A stretch of 64,000 nt of DNA from Schmidtea polychroa (taxonomy: Eukaryota), in assembly GCA_044892525.1 (NCBI GenBank), contig CM097885.1:13146001-13210000 (forward strand), read 5' to 3'. The translations under genes and the position numbers were made by a program. The notes below the pieces were generated by a model. It saw nothing but the letters and a program-made list of their open reading frames with translations. It searched no databases and had not been told where the DNA came from. Positions 23,590 through 38,371 of the stretch are shown piece after piece (position 1 is the stretch's first letter; each line of letters begins with the position of its first letter).

Positions 23590-23950
23590 GGGATTCATAA
23601 AACGAAATTATTTTTTAAAAATTTCAGAATTGAGCTTTGTTTGGATTTTTCTGTTTGGATTTTAGACTAGCCTACTTCATTTGGGAATTTCCTAACTGGG
23701 AAGGAAAACTGGTCTAAAATTTGGATGGTTTCTAACCTTGACCACACAAAACAATGCAAACAATATTTTGTTCCAATTTAAATTTTTCATTATCGGACGA
23801 AGAACCATAGCTGACTTGGATATCCTTTCATTTTGGAGTAATTAAGCACTCCTAAATGTTATGTTAGTTGTTTAACATTTGCTCCCTACTCTAGTTAGAT
23901 AATTGCGTCATATTTCTCTTTCAGAGTTACACTTTTTAGTTTTGCTCATA
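23590..23950 (-). pseudogene. Degraded Tigger/pogo N-terminal HTH fragment
   Basis: MSKTK(S)VTLKEKYDAII*LE*GANVKQLT*HLGV resembles the CENP-B/psq HTH start. Heavily mutated. Confidence 0.45.
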
Positions 23951-24393
23951 TTTTAATCATAAAATTACAAGAAAAAAATTTACGATAAATAATTTAAATA
24001 AACTGCATTTGACAATGAGATATAATTTTTTTATTTATTTGTACAGCGATCTTGGAATTTGAAAGTTTCTGTTTTTCATGGTTTCATTTTTGGGAAAATA
24101 TGCGACAGGACCAAAAAATATGATTCCATTTGTATTTGAGAGTTTCTGCCATATAGGTGTTATTTTTGATATAAAATTGACTGCCAGGAACATTTTGGGA
24201 TTTCCGGAATTCGAGATTTTTATATTATTATGGCTATTCTCATATTTACTAAATTTGATTTATCCTTACATTTTAGATAAACAAAAAACTCATAATTATA
24301 ATTATTTGTATTTGTAAAAATAATTTTTTTTAAATTGATTTTATTAGTTTTTATAATGATTATTATTATTTTTCAATTTATTATTATTATTAC

Positions 24394-24476
<83 letters not shown>

Positions 24477-24505
24477 TTATAATTATTATTATTATAATTA
24501 TTATA

Positions 24506-24655
<150 letters not shown>

Positions 24656-25004
24656 GAATAAATAGTTAAACATACATGGCAACGATTTAATTACAAGAAA
24701 GAGCCACTCAAACATTTACGTTCACGATTTATATCGAAAGTTTTCCTGTCATCATCAGGTAGGGTAAAATAACTATAGAAATTATAGATTTTTGAACCAA
24801 TTTATTAATTATATCAATTATATCAAATTTTTAATAAAAATATTTTATTCTTTAAACATATAAAAAAAATAATTCAAACAATAAATTATTTTTTAAATTA
24901 TAGCAATCAAAATTAAATTTTAAAATATTGAAATTTAATTTAATAATTATTTAATTTAACAATAACAATCTATACATACAATAGAAAAAAACTATTTAAA
25001 AACA

Positions 25005-25131
<127 letters not shown>

Positions 25132-26964
25132 AATATTATTATTATTAATATTAATATTTTTAATATTATAATATTATTATTATTATTATTATCATTATTA
25201 TAATCATCATCATCATCCTTTTCCCCGCCAGCTTAGAGAAAAAGAGAAGTGTAGGAGAAGACGATGTTGGTCATTTCAATTCAGCAATGTGTATATCAGT
25301 CATTGTTTATGAAAGTATCGAATTACGCGCCAGTCTAAATTGTCAACATGGCCGTCTCTTATTGAAAGCCCCCCTTCGACACATGCAGAAATCTGACACC
25401 GACCCAGTCAGCCTAGACCAATTATGGATTTATTTTACTCAGCTTAATTCTTATTTATTATGGCTATTTGTTCAACACAAACATTTATATAAACATATAT
25501 CATATGTTTAATTTTTTTGTGCTTTGTTTTGTTTTCTGCTCTTAAAACAATTTCTCACGAGAAGCAGCCAGCTAAGTCCAGAATGCTTGATTAAAACGAA
25601 TTATTATTTGTATTTATTGGACAATATTTCAGTTCGATTAATGGAAAATTAAATTAATGGATTAGAATTTTTTTAGATTGATTTTTAAATTATTATTTTT
25701 TAATTTAAGTTTAGATTTTAATAAACAAATCTTAGATGTTAGAGGCTGATTAAATTATATAGCTTTTTCTATTTGTTGTTTTAATGATTGATGCAATTTT
25801 TGTAATATTTAGTGTTTTAAAATTGTTTAAATCTTGTTATTATTTGCATAATTTATACGTATTTTAATTATTCATTTTAATATCGAGGAGTTGAATAAAT
25901 TAAAATATTTTAAAATGAGGGTGTAATGAATTTTAAAAGTTTTAATTTATTAAGTTATTGTTTTTATTCTTTAAGTGGTTATGCATTTTATATTTGATAT
26001 GACAAAAATTAATAGAAAAGAGAGACTTACATATTTTATCCATGATTTTAGCATCTGATTTTGATGAGACAGAAAGGCTGTCTTTTAGGCCGTGAAAAAT
26101 ATTAATTAATTTACTATAAGAATATTATTGAGAATTCTATTAATGCAAAAATGTCATAGTGCCGAAATTTGGAGCCCCCCCCCAACTATCCGTCAATGTG
26201 ATATTTTTGTTTGTTATTTAAAAATATGTTAGAATATTAATAAATATCAAATTGTAACAATATTTTAGAAGCTTTGATATTTTTTTATTTTTTGATAATA
26301 TATTTCTTTAATGATAATTACAATAGTCAGTAGTATAGTGTATATAAATTTTATCTTGTTGTTTCGATTTGATTTATTAAAACAATGAAACTTTTTGTTT
26401 TTGATATTTATAATAATGACCTACATAAAATCATCACTATGTGCATTACAAAATATTTTTGAAATATCTTTTTAAATAAATAAATAAATTTAAATTATGA
26501 TAAATAAGAATTTGGAAGCATCATTTTAACCAAAATTGATCAAAAAGATTCAAAACTTTTTTACAGAAATTACAATTTACTTAATTTGGATTCGATGAAA
26601 AAAATTAAAAGTTACTTATCCAAGATAAAAGTAGTAAGCATCATTAACAATGAAAAAACATTAATATGGAAAATGTAAAATTCTGCAAGAAAGGTGTTTT
26701 TGCGGTTCGAAAACACAAAATATAGAAATGAAAAAAATAAAAAAATAAAATGAAAAAACAATAAAAAACAGCAAATTCACAGTAATAATTAAAGTACAAA
26801 AATATTAATTAAAAATCGAAAAAAATAATAATAAATATTTTCCATGGGAAACTGCCAAAATAGGCGAATGACAAATGATGAGACAATTTGAAATATAATA
26901 AAATAAAATCAATAGAAGGAATTATTTACAAAAAATGGAAAATAATAAAAAATTAATTATTTCA

Positions 26965-27549
26965 TGTAAAACCCGAGCTAATGGGAAATCCGAGTCAAAT
27001 GAAAACCCAAGTTGTCAACAAAATTATTCAATTAAGTTGCGCCAAATTTGGGAATGATGAAAACTTAAAGTAAAGGGAACCTGACTGTAAATTAAATTCG
27101 GGTAAAATTACGATAAAGTAAAGGAATTATACGAAGACATGAAAGCTTCAAGTTGAAGATAAATAAGGTTAGCGTGGGAAGCCCGGAGAAAGAGGTGCCA
27201 AAAAATTGACAAAATCAATTTAAATGAGTGAGAATTTAATTACAGGACGAGTGTAAAAAAGCAGACAAGTCAAATAGAATTACTAGTTTGTGGAAAAGAA
27301 AAAATATATTAGTGAAAGAAAGGTGGATTTAAAAACATACGATAGCCAATCCAAGTTGAGTCTTAGCGTAACAGAAAAGGAGATCTCCCGTTAGAAGTGA
27401 TGCAAAGTGAAATTGTTAATTAAAGTGTATGGATGATAAAAGTGTAATTGTGGTGATTTCGAATTAACGTTATTGTGATGGGTTGTTCGATTAATTTAAC
27501 TAAGGACACCGAGCTATCAGATATTGATACCGACTTTCATAAATACACA
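26965..27549 (+). mobile_element. Probable solo LTR related to the 12452 LTR
   Basis: Starts tgtaaaacccgagctaatgggaaa, the same motif as at 12455, and ends ...aca. No clear TSD. Confidence 0.55.
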
Positions 27550-28556
27550 ATAGTTAAAAAAATTATTTACAAAAACCCTTTTCTAAATGCATAAAAAATA
27601 ATTAATTAATTAATAAACAAGAATTGGCTGACTAATTCTGGATAAAGGCTGTGCCAAACATTTGTGATAATCCTTAATAATTTATGAGCCTCATTCCAAC
27701 AAACAGAATAAAACATTTATTTTCGATCAATGGCAATTTTTTAAAACAAATTCTAATAAAATTCTACTGATCTCGAAAACTCGTAATTTAATAAACAAAG
27801 AGCATTCATTAAAACAAATGCGAAAAATAACAATTATTGAAATCAATGCTGCTATAATTAAACCTTTCTGATACCTTTCAAAATATTATGTAATTTATCT
27901 CAAACAATACCTAATATTTACCAAGTCTTCATTGTAGCCAAAAGCTGTGTTTCCAGTCCAGATAAACGCACGTATTTTAGGCATCCTACACTCCACCCAT
28001 TCAAACAACAATTAACAAAACACACTAAATAAAACAAACTAATTGTTTTCAAATAGCCTTGTTTACAAGTTGTTATTGATATGTCTCTGTGTGATGCAGT
28101 CGATGTTTAGTGAGGGTGGGTTTATCAAATGTGTATTTAACTGGTTTATTACACCATTAAACTTAGGTAAACATATTTAATTTGTTGTGTAAGCCAATTA
28201 GAAGGTTTGTAAGTATTTCAATTGTACACAACCACTCAATGGGAATCAGATTTATTTTTTTGTTTTACTGAACCAGCATTTCATTTTCTCATGTTAAAAT
28301 GGATCTTGTTTTCATCCATGGGTTTACGAGTTGATCTTTGAACTGAATCCTTGTCAAAACAATTATTTCAGTAGATCTTTCATGATTATATAGGATGCTT
28401 GAAAGTAATAACAATAACAATAATATTGTTTTTCTCAATATTCACCTTTCTTTTTATGGTATTAAATCTTTATAATTGTTGTTATTTCATTTCAACTTTA
28501 TTTGATAAATTGGTACTGCTAATATAATAAATATAATATTTTATTTATTTATTAAC

Positions 28557-28607
<51 letters not shown>

Positions 28608-28706
28608 TATTATTATTATTATCATCATCATCATCATCATTATTTTTTATCATTATTATTAATATTACTATTATTATTATTATTATCATTATTATTATTA
28701 ATATTA

Positions 28707-28788
<82 letters not shown>

Positions 28789-29029
28789 ACTTATGGATTT
28801 TATCGATCAAAACATAAATATTTAAACAACTTTAATAATTAGATAATAATTAGATAACATTTGGATTGTCATAGTCATAGTGAGATTTAATTATCATAAG
28901 AATCATAAGAAATAAGCTTTGTAGAGATACGTTTCGATAATCCCTACCTATTATTCAAGTGACTCAACAGTATTATGTTTAACTTGTATTACAATATTGA
29001 GGCATGGCTCTGAATCAGACATGCTTTTG

Positions 29030-29438
29030 CACTGCGGCGTTAACGCATAGGCGCACTAGGCGTGTCTAGGGTCCCAAAATCTTGAGGGGCCTCCAACATA
29101 TCGCATTTCAATCATTTTAACAACCGAGTTGCTTTAAATACATTTTCACTGAAATCAAATCGAATCACATTCCTTGAAAATAGTTTCTATAAACAATTAT
29201 TTTTAATAAATACAATGGAAAAGAAATCGGTGGTGAAATTGCAAAAAAAAGTCATTATAATTATTTTTAAATCATTGTTAAAATCACAAAACGGCTTCTA
29301 TTTTAAATTCAAGTTTTCGGAAAACTTTTTACACATAGGCTAAGGCTACACATCAGTAATCTACTCTAAGTATAAATGTTCATAAGGCCCCCAAAAAGAT
29401 GTGTGGCTAGAGCCTCATTTTATGTAGACACGCCACTG
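29030..29438. mobile_element. hAT-type MITE
   Basis: GC-rich ends (cactgcggcgt...aggggcctcc / ggccccc...cacgccactg). Flanks are gcttttg / gctttttg. Confidence 0.6.
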
Positions 29439-29569
29439 GCTTTTTGTGGTTTACTTATAAGTGAACAATTATTTTTAAAAATTTATCATGACAAATAAAT
29501 TCTGAACATGCAGGTGGAGTTGCAGAAACTCACAAAGATTTGAAACGTTTACTACACTATAGATTTTAG

Positions 29570-29974
29570 TCTAACTATTAGGGACGCTGCAAGCGGGTGG
29601 CAAATTTAAAATAAAACCATTTGCAAAAAAATTTCATTTTGTAAAATAAAAAGAAAATTACGACTATTTTGTCATTGAACGCACGTTGCGTAGTAATTTT
29701 GTGAGTAGTAAATTATTAATTTCATAAACTTTCTATTTTTGTGTGTACTAAACTATAACTTTCCTAAACTTCTCTGTTTCGTGATTAATAAACTATAATT
29801 TTCATAAACTATTGCATGTGATATGTGTGTCATTCCGTAGTTAGTTTAATTTTTAATTTAATTAAAATGTTATTCTTATTATGGATTTTTATTATATTTT
29901 TAAAGAAAGAACGGGGAGCGGTAGGAAATTATTTTGCACGCAAGCGGCCTAACAGCTCGGCGCGCATTTGCTAG
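29570..29974 (+). mobile_element. Possible non-autonomous Helitron
   Basis: 5' TC(taactatta), and a 3' GC-rich segment (gcggcctaacagctcggcgcgc) followed by CTAG|T. Confidence 0.5.
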
Positions 29975-30455
29975 TATTGGAATAAACTAATTTTTTATTT
30001 TTTATTTGGGAATTATAGAGATTTTTTTACCGTTTTACTTCCAAAGCCAACATTGACATGGTCTAGGATTTCTAGGATTTTTCAAGAAGAGAGGTTTGCA
30101 TTAAATTTATGATATTAGCAACATTAAATTGTTTTTTTTATTGTCAAGTTGATTATTATTTGGGAACTTTTCATTGTATCGCATTTTTGAATAAAATAAA
30201 TTGAAATAATTCCTAATTAAATTATAAATGTATTATAGTTTGTTAGCATGTAGGCAGCTGATTTTGTTTGTCACGTTTCAAGAAATTATTTTTATAATAT
30301 TCAAAGATTTTGTTTAAAAAAAACTGATGGTCGAGTCAAAATGGCTACGATATTTATGATATCCACTTTATGATGGTTGTGTTGAATTTTTATATAAAAT
30401 TTGTTCAATAAACAATCATCAAAAGTGGTAAATAAATATTCCTATTAAATTAATC

Positions 30456-30900
30456 CAGTGGTTTTTAATGTGTGCGCCACGGAGCTCGAGGGCTCCTTAA
30501 AATTTTTAAATTTTTAAAGATTGAAAACTTTTGATTTATTCAATGCTAATAATATTTCTGGTAAAATATTATAGTTTCAAATAATATAAATAATTTTTAC
30601 GTTCTCTGTGGCGAAACATCATTTAGTCTACTCATTAAGATTGAAAGTAGTTAACAGGATTCCAAATTGTCGTCTTTATCAATGCAGGATATTAAAAGTA
30701 AAAAAGTGGGTAATTTGAATTACGAAAATATAATTAGAAATTTCAGAAAAGGCATTAATTAAAATAATTTGTTAATTAAAGAATTAATGTTTTTTTGGCA
30801 TTTGTGATGTACTTATCTGCAATTAGAGCAATAATACTTACAAAATATATACAATTTTCTCCTTCCTAATGAGCTTTAAAATATATTTTCCCAGCGCCCT
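30456..30900 (+). mobile_element. Degenerate hAT remnant
   Basis: Charlie-like end cagtggtttttaatgtgtgcgccacggagctcgagggctcc, and a decayed dimerisation-like tail (LSSLSMQDIKSKKVGNLNYENIIRNF). Confidence 0.45.
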
Positions 30901-31186
30901 TAAAATAATATGACTATGAATTTGTTAGAGAAATTAATAAAAAGAAAATTTTAGTCTTTAAAATGTCTAAAATTCATTATATTAAATGAAATATGAATTT
31001 CCCATTTTTCACAACAATTTCTGCACCATATATGAACCATACTTTTCTTTGTTAATGAAAAGGTTAAAATATTAAAAGAAAAATCCTACTATCATAAAAT
31101 TAGAGATTTTTACCAAAATGAATTTGTTAATATTTTTAAAGAATATAAATTTATATGAAAAAAAATTTATGAGAAATAAATCTCAC

Positions 31187-31451
31187 CACTCAGAGTGATC
31201 TTTTTATCGGGGGTATTGCGAATGGCCATAGCAATTAGAGCTATATATGAATATGGAGGCTTCTCAAGGTGCATCATTGTTGGATTCCATGGAAACGGAT
31301 TCAATAAACCGAAATTCAATCCGAGAAATCTAGGCGGCATTAAGTTCATCAATTCCATCATCATTTTCGATGATGTCGACGGCGAAGCTATCGAGCACGA
31401 ATTGGAATTCTCTTCGAGTTGATTGTTAATGCAACGAGCAAAATTTTCCAT
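31187..31451 (-). CDS. Forkhead transcription factor (FoxL1/FoxC-like), exon 1
   Basis: MENF...[27 protein letters not shown]|gtgaga. The phase-1 donor at 31186 joins in frame to exon 2. There is an in-frame TAA upstream of the ATG. Total 849 nt = 282 aa. Confidence 0.95.
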
Positions 31452-31758
31452 TTTTGTCGAATCGATTTAGCAAATTCTGTTTCGATTTATTTACATTCCA
31501 TTTTTCATGAATATTTTTCTGGTTTTATGTACTTTATTTTCATTAGTTGTTAGCCAACCAATCAATTCTCTGACATAAGCGCACTTTTTAGTCTTGAAAT
31601 TAATTGATTATTTACTATTTGTACAGCTCAAATGTTGCGTTGGGAAATTATTAATGCAATCTCTTAGTTTTGCTACTTATTTCTGGGATATTTGTGGACA
31701 AAATATATGCATAAAATTTCAATTTTAATGATCTTTATTATTATTATTATTATAATTA

Positions 31759-31820
<62 letters not shown>

Positions 31821-31827
31821 GTTGTTG

Positions 31828-31865
<38 letters not shown>

Positions 31866-33414
31866 GTTATTGTTAGTATCTTCTTTTCCCGAACTTCGGG
31901 TGTTAATTGCATCGATCATTAAATTATAAGTAAATTCACGTTTTCAATAAAAATATATTTTTATTACATAATATTTAAACAAAGTAAGGAGAATCGAAAT
32001 TATGCAATATTCAACATACGATTTTTAATTACTGTATTTTTTATTGTGATTTATTTTTTAAATTAATTTCAGTTATATTTTAATAAACCTATATATTTAA
32101 TAAAACTTTATTAAACTTTTGATTGTAATTTTAAATTTGATTTTAACTATTCTAATTATTAAAAGTTTTAATTGATAATTATTTTTACTTTAAAAGAATT
32201 GTTTCCCTTACAAAATATTTCTTTTATTACAATTAATTTATATAAAATTTTAGAGTAATGATATCAATAAAAAATGAAAAAGTCCAAAGTTAAATATTTC
32301 TAAAAATTAAACTCAAAATTCTTTATTAATAATTTCATTAAATTAAATTAAATTTTACATTTTCAATTTTTTACAAAAAATTTATAGAAACCGGACGTGA
32401 CATAGGCAATTTACCCTAACTAGTTTGCAAGGTGCATCGAAAGTATTGCCCTTTTTTATAGTTTTCTACTGCAAAAATTTCAATTTCTTAGTTTTATATT
32501 ATATAATTTTTATACATATTTTGTAATGTATCGTTTGTTTTCTTAATTTCAGTAATTTTAGATAAATCTGGCCATTAGATTAACTACGAAACAAAAAATG
32601 TAATCAGTTCACCTTTATTATGGAAATAATGTAAATAGTTCGGAAGCCGTTCGTTTGTTATCCGCAGAATTTAATATTTGGCAAATGCAGAGCAGAACTA
32701 TGACGGATCTAATAAGAAATTTTGAAAGAAATGATGCGAGAGAAAAAGAAATTCCCAGATTGTATTCATGTACTAGAACGTTGATCTTCTTTTCCCCTTC
32801 AATGTCAATTTCCATTTTATCATCTTTTCGATTTGTTCAATAAATGTCTGGAAAAAAGATTCCAACGTTTTGATATGTCCAATATAAAAGTCTGCCAATA
32901 AATTTACGAAACTTGAACGGATTCAATTTTTATTTTTCATGGAAGCTCCCTGTAACATTTATTGTGTACATTGCCATATGACTCTAATTTCAATAGTTCC
33001 CTATATCGGATAAAACCATATAATTTTTTAATACATTTTTCGATTGGATATGAGGAAAATTACAAAATCCCTACTATTTAGCTGGCGTCCTAAATTTTGT
33101 GTGATTCATTTTTACTTTCAGAATTTTTATTTCTACAATTTTGTATTTAATTTAATGATCTTAAAATTGAATTCTGATAAATGTCGGTACTTTTTCACTC
33201 AAGAATTTTATTCAGAAAATTCGGTAGATTTTAATTAAGAAATTTGTTTTAATTATTTACTGAAATAATATTATTTTATTAATTATTATAATACTAATAT
33301 TAATAATAATTACAATAATGTTTAATATTTAATTAATCTCATTTTTAATAATTGACTGTTTAAGTTCATTGTAGTATTTTTAATAAATTAAATGTATCAG
33401 ATTAATTAATTATT

Positions 33415-33453
<39 letters not shown>

Positions 33454-34104
33454 TAATGTTATTCCTAGTTACATCGACAATATTACTAATAATATTAATA
33501 GTATATAATAAATAATTAAATAAATAAATAGAATAACAAGAAATTTATCGGAAGAATATGTCTTGAAAAACCTTTTCTTACTGTAGCTTCATATTGCTAT
33601 AGGAATTCTTGTTATTCATTTCCTTAATAGCTCGGATTATTATAAGCTTAAGGTCGTTCAAAGGATGGTATGCATAACTGAAGGTTTGATGATGACTGTT
33701 CCTCCTTACTCCTCTAACATTTCTCTACTAAATTTTCATTCTTCTCTCAGTCTTGAAAATAATCTAATTTGGTATATCCATTCAAAATTGAGTTGAATCG
33801 TTTCTTTGACTCAAAAGGTGGTGAATAGGTGAATAGAGATCGTAGAAAAAGAACGGGATAATAGAAGTTTAAAATATAATTTATCATTGTTTATTGTCAT
33901 TAACCCTTGAACACACAATAGGATATTATTGCTTGTTTTCAATATTTAGACAAGATGATAGATCCTTTTACCCCACGGTCAAAATTCAGCTAATAACTAG
34001 ACGGGTAGAGGCTTTTTTCCAATAACTTTTTGCTTTTTAAATTTTTAAAATTTTGGCTGTTTTAGATAAACTTTAAAGTAACTTCAATCAAATACGAAAT
34101 TTAA

Positions 34105-34186
34105 CACTTTGACGGACACTTGCGTCTATAGCCGTCATATAGTGTCAATTTTCAAATGTCACTTGTTTCTACTGTCCGTCAATGTG
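34105..34186. mobile_element. 82-bp piggyBac-type mini-MITE
   Basis: TTAA-cactttgacggaca...tgtccgtcaatgtg-TTAA; TIR matches 13/14. Confidence 0.8.
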
Positions 34187-36115
34187 TTAACAAGTATTTT
34201 CATTTTGATTTTTTTTTAATTTTTATACGTTTTTCAAATATATCAATAAAAAAGAAACCGAAAAGAAAAATTCAGCTAAAGAAAAATTGAGAGAGAGACT
34301 TATTAAATTTTGTATTGGAGTGAACCAATTTTAGGTCGATATATTTCATTTATTTAAACACTGCGGAAATGGCTTACCTATTTATCCATTTGAGTTTATA
34401 TTTATACTGATAATTGTTTTAAATTTTTCTCACATTTTTTTACATTATTTTAATCGTTAATAAAATTTTTTTTTATCTTATTTTAAATGATATCGAGCTT
34501 GTTTTAATGAGATTTTATTTTCATATTGGTGAGGGTGTTAAAATAGTGAAAAGTCTATGGGGAATTCGAATGCAATCATGCAAGTTTATTTATGTAATTT
34601 GATCGATAATCCATTCCTAACAGACTTCCGACAGTGGAAATCTGCGAACTAATCGCTTAGATGAGGAGGCACAGTTTATTTATTTATCATCATTTAATTT
34701 GAGGAAGGTGTAAACATACTGACCTGCACCCATTAAAGTGGTTCGACAGGAACATATGCCCAGTTGTTAGGAAATGAAAGTAAATTTTTCAGTTTACTGA
34801 TATTTTATCAACAAATCCTAAAGATTATTTTCCCGATAACAATATGTCAATGGAAATCAATTAGAATTGTCGATAATTGATCACATTTTTACAAGGTAAT
34901 TATCGATTCTCCAAAACATTCTACAAATTCCATGACTAATGGAACCGTCCAATCGCAACTGTGATAAATTCCAATTGTCGCGGGAACAGAGTAGGATATT
35001 AAGAAAAAAAAATTTAAATAGTTTTAATTTTTATCAATTAATTATTGGTATTAAAAAAATAATTTTTGAAATTTATATTTTAATATGGAATATTTAATAA
35101 AATTCTTTAAAAGTAATTATATTTATTATCATTAATTAAAACAAATTACTAGGAATATAAAAAATATCTTCTGAGTGCTATATTGTAATAAGATACATTT
35201 ACCTTAACTCTCGTCGTAAATAAATTCAAATTTTTTTCTTTTAATTATTAAAAAGAATTTTTAAAAAATTTAAAAAAATTTTTTTTTTTAATTTTAAAAA
35301 TTAAAACTCGGTATTTAATGACGCGTTTTGGCAAGATAATTAACTGATGCTTTCATATATAAAAAACAAGAAAAATGCATTTCTCCCACCTAATTCGATG
35401 TATGTCTATTTATGAATATCATAACATCACACCAAAATGAAATATTTTTCAAAAATTTTTTTGTGCTGACGACACAAATTTGTTGTTTATCAAAACAAGT
35501 CGATTTATCTCGTCTTATCAAGTGTCTTTTCTAGCAGAGAGATATATTTATACTTTTAGACGACAATAACACTGGCGTGGAGTTTTTGTTTTCAATCCGC
35601 GGCTGTCTTTGATATTTTGGGTTTTATTGAAATTTAAACACATATCCCAGGGATTTTGACATGTAAAATATTCACAGGTGCCATGGAATGATAATCTAGT
35701 AGCTGACAAAAAATTAAATCACTGTTGTGGTGAACCGAATAATTATATGGGCGGCTTATTATTTATTTCTATTATAAATAAAAACGAAAATCCACGACAA
35801 TGATGTCGATTTTTCAAAGATATCCGAGTAGAATTTTTTTTTAATTTATAATGTATATTTATTTTTAATACTTTGTTGAAAATCTAGACTGGTGATTGGG
35901 ACATTTATATCAGGACTTGTGATAAATGGATTTTGGGAATTTAAATAAATAAATAAATAAATTTTTGATTTATGAATTTTGAAAAAATATATTTAAGTTA
36001 AATTAAATTATCAATTTCTTATAAAAATAATAAAAATATTGATTTACAGTCTGAAAGAACGATAATGAAAATTGATATTGATAGATCAAAAGTGAAAAGA
36101 ATAAAAGATTTTTTT

Positions 36116-36535
36116 TATTTAATTTTAATTTTAATTTAATTTTAATTTAATTTTAATTTAATTTTAATTTAATTTTAATTTAATTTTAATTTAATTTTAA
36201 TTTAATTTTAATTTAATTTAATTTTAATTTAATTTTAATTTAATTTTAATTTAATTTTAATTTAATTTAAATTTAATTTAAATTTAATTTTAATTTAATT
36301 TTAATTTAATTTTAATTTAATTTTAATTTAATTTTAATTTAATTTTAATTTAATTTTAATTTAATTTTAATTTAATTTTAATTTTAATTATAATTTTAAT
36401 TTGAATTTAATTTTAATTTGAATTTTAATTTTAATTTTAATTTTAATTTTAATTTTAATTTTAATTTTAATTTTAATTTTATTTTTAATTTTAATTTATA
36501 TTTTAATTTTAATTTTAATTTAATTTAATTTTAAT
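36116..36535. repeat. Tandem repeat (ATTTTAATTTA)n grading into (ATTTTA)n
   Basis: Direct reading. Confidence 0.95.
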
Positions 36536-38371
36536 TATTCGTACACATTTTTAAAATTTATAATTAAAAAATATTTTTATTTCAAGTAAATTTTTTTAAT
36601 TCCCCCTTCCTATGCGTTCGTGGAAATAAGTTGGAACACTTTCTAAATTAAAATATTTATTTGGGCAGATATTTAACAAAAAAAATAGGATTTTGATTAA
36701 AAGAAAAAGTTAGAGTGTCATTTTAAAAAAAATTACAATTAACTCAGCGTTATAATAGAAAACCAAAACCAAAACCAAAATAAATAATAATAAAATTATT
36801 TAGGTGGAAATTAAATATTTCTCTTAATTTGATTAAGTAATATTTTCTTTTTCTTTGTTAGGTCATAAAATACCATAATAATTTATAAAGAGATTGATAG
36901 GTTATAGGCAAAGGCTAAATATCTCCTCTTCCTGTTTCTAGTGTAACCAAGGTGTATTAATCATTTGGTATCTGTTGTGTGAACAACGTTGGAACTTCAC
37001 CAAATAGGTAGAGGCCAGCAGAAGGTGAACTGTAATTAACGTGGCATACATTTGTGTTAACAGACTATCGATGAAAGATCTGTATCCAAATTAGTTTATG
37101 TTCCCTGTTATTGAATACCTATTGATAAAATTCGTGTAGGATGCATTTATTAATATAAAATGTAAATTTTGTAATTACAAATTACAAACAACAACAAAGA
37201 ATTGACTTATGAGTTTATTCCGTTGCTGGAAGAAATCTCTGCTGCATTCTCTGATTCTATGTCACAGGCCATCCGACGTGTCACGCCTCCTTTCCTCACA
37301 CCGACGGATGTGTTTCTTTTGCCAGATTTACAGCGCTTGCTGAACCATAGCTGAGCAGGTGTAACCGTTGTTGTCACCCACCACGTCTCCTGCTCCCAGC
37401 GAAATAGTTTTAAACTACTTTCCGGAACTACTCCTTGAACGACTAATCCATCATTGCAGGTCTGTTAGCATTCTACCTCAAACTGTTTTATGTGTAGTTT
37501 ATGCCGTCGGATTTCTAATGACCCCAAATAGTTTGCATTTGCATGGTAACATTCGACATCTCCCATTGCTGTATTTGGTCGGAATTAAACCAGATCGCTT
37601 TCAATTCATGACACATGAATTGAAGCCATTCCATACTCTTAATGTGTAGGTCTTTTACCTGTACAAGGATGGAAATATCCTCTCGAAAGCCCTTTACTAT
37701 TATGTCCACTAAAATTATGTGATCTAATACCGTAATAACAACAAAATAAGGCAAAATAATGAAGTATAAAATAAACATGTAAATGGACACATTACCCTTC
37801 GTAAAATGGATGGAATTTTTTTACAAATTCCTAAAAAATCAACGATTATGATCTTGATCATTTATTGACCGAATGAAAAAATATATTATTAGTCAGCCAT
37901 ATTTTTAAATTTTTATCCAATAAAAAAATCAACTGGATTACGGCCGCAATTGTACGAGCGGGAAATGTTTGGGGAACGGATCATCGACTAATCACAAATA
38001 CACAGAATATATTCCAAACTTAGTTAAAGGGGTTCAAAGTTAAAATTTCAGATTTATTTTTAATGAAGCGAGTAAAAAAATTACAAATTGGATTTATGCA
38101 AAGATGAACTTTGAACTATTGCATACGATCGCCTATTTTACTTCTGATTTCCGGTCAAAATTCCCGATGATATAATTAAGTTTCTGTTACTAATCAATGC
38201 TCGGGGTAAGTGTAATTTATTTGATCAAATGATGAAATTTTCACAGCATTCAAAATAGACGTGGGCGACGTGGGTCGTTATGGGTCGATATAGACTCATT
38301 ATATCTATATATATCTTTATAGGGTCGTTAGTCGTCATGTCGACTGCGTCTACGTGTTTGATGCATGAGCT

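Noticed and set aside
32600..33000. Apparent similarity between this decayed frame and 57525-57885 as a novel gene family
   Set aside because: The by-eye match is weak, and another frame here (GASM...LLADFYIGHI) looks more like eroded Penelope RT. It cannot be supported.
37200..37700. Possible Gypsy integrase C-terminal remnant
   Set aside because: Too degraded to identify catalytic motifs with confidence.
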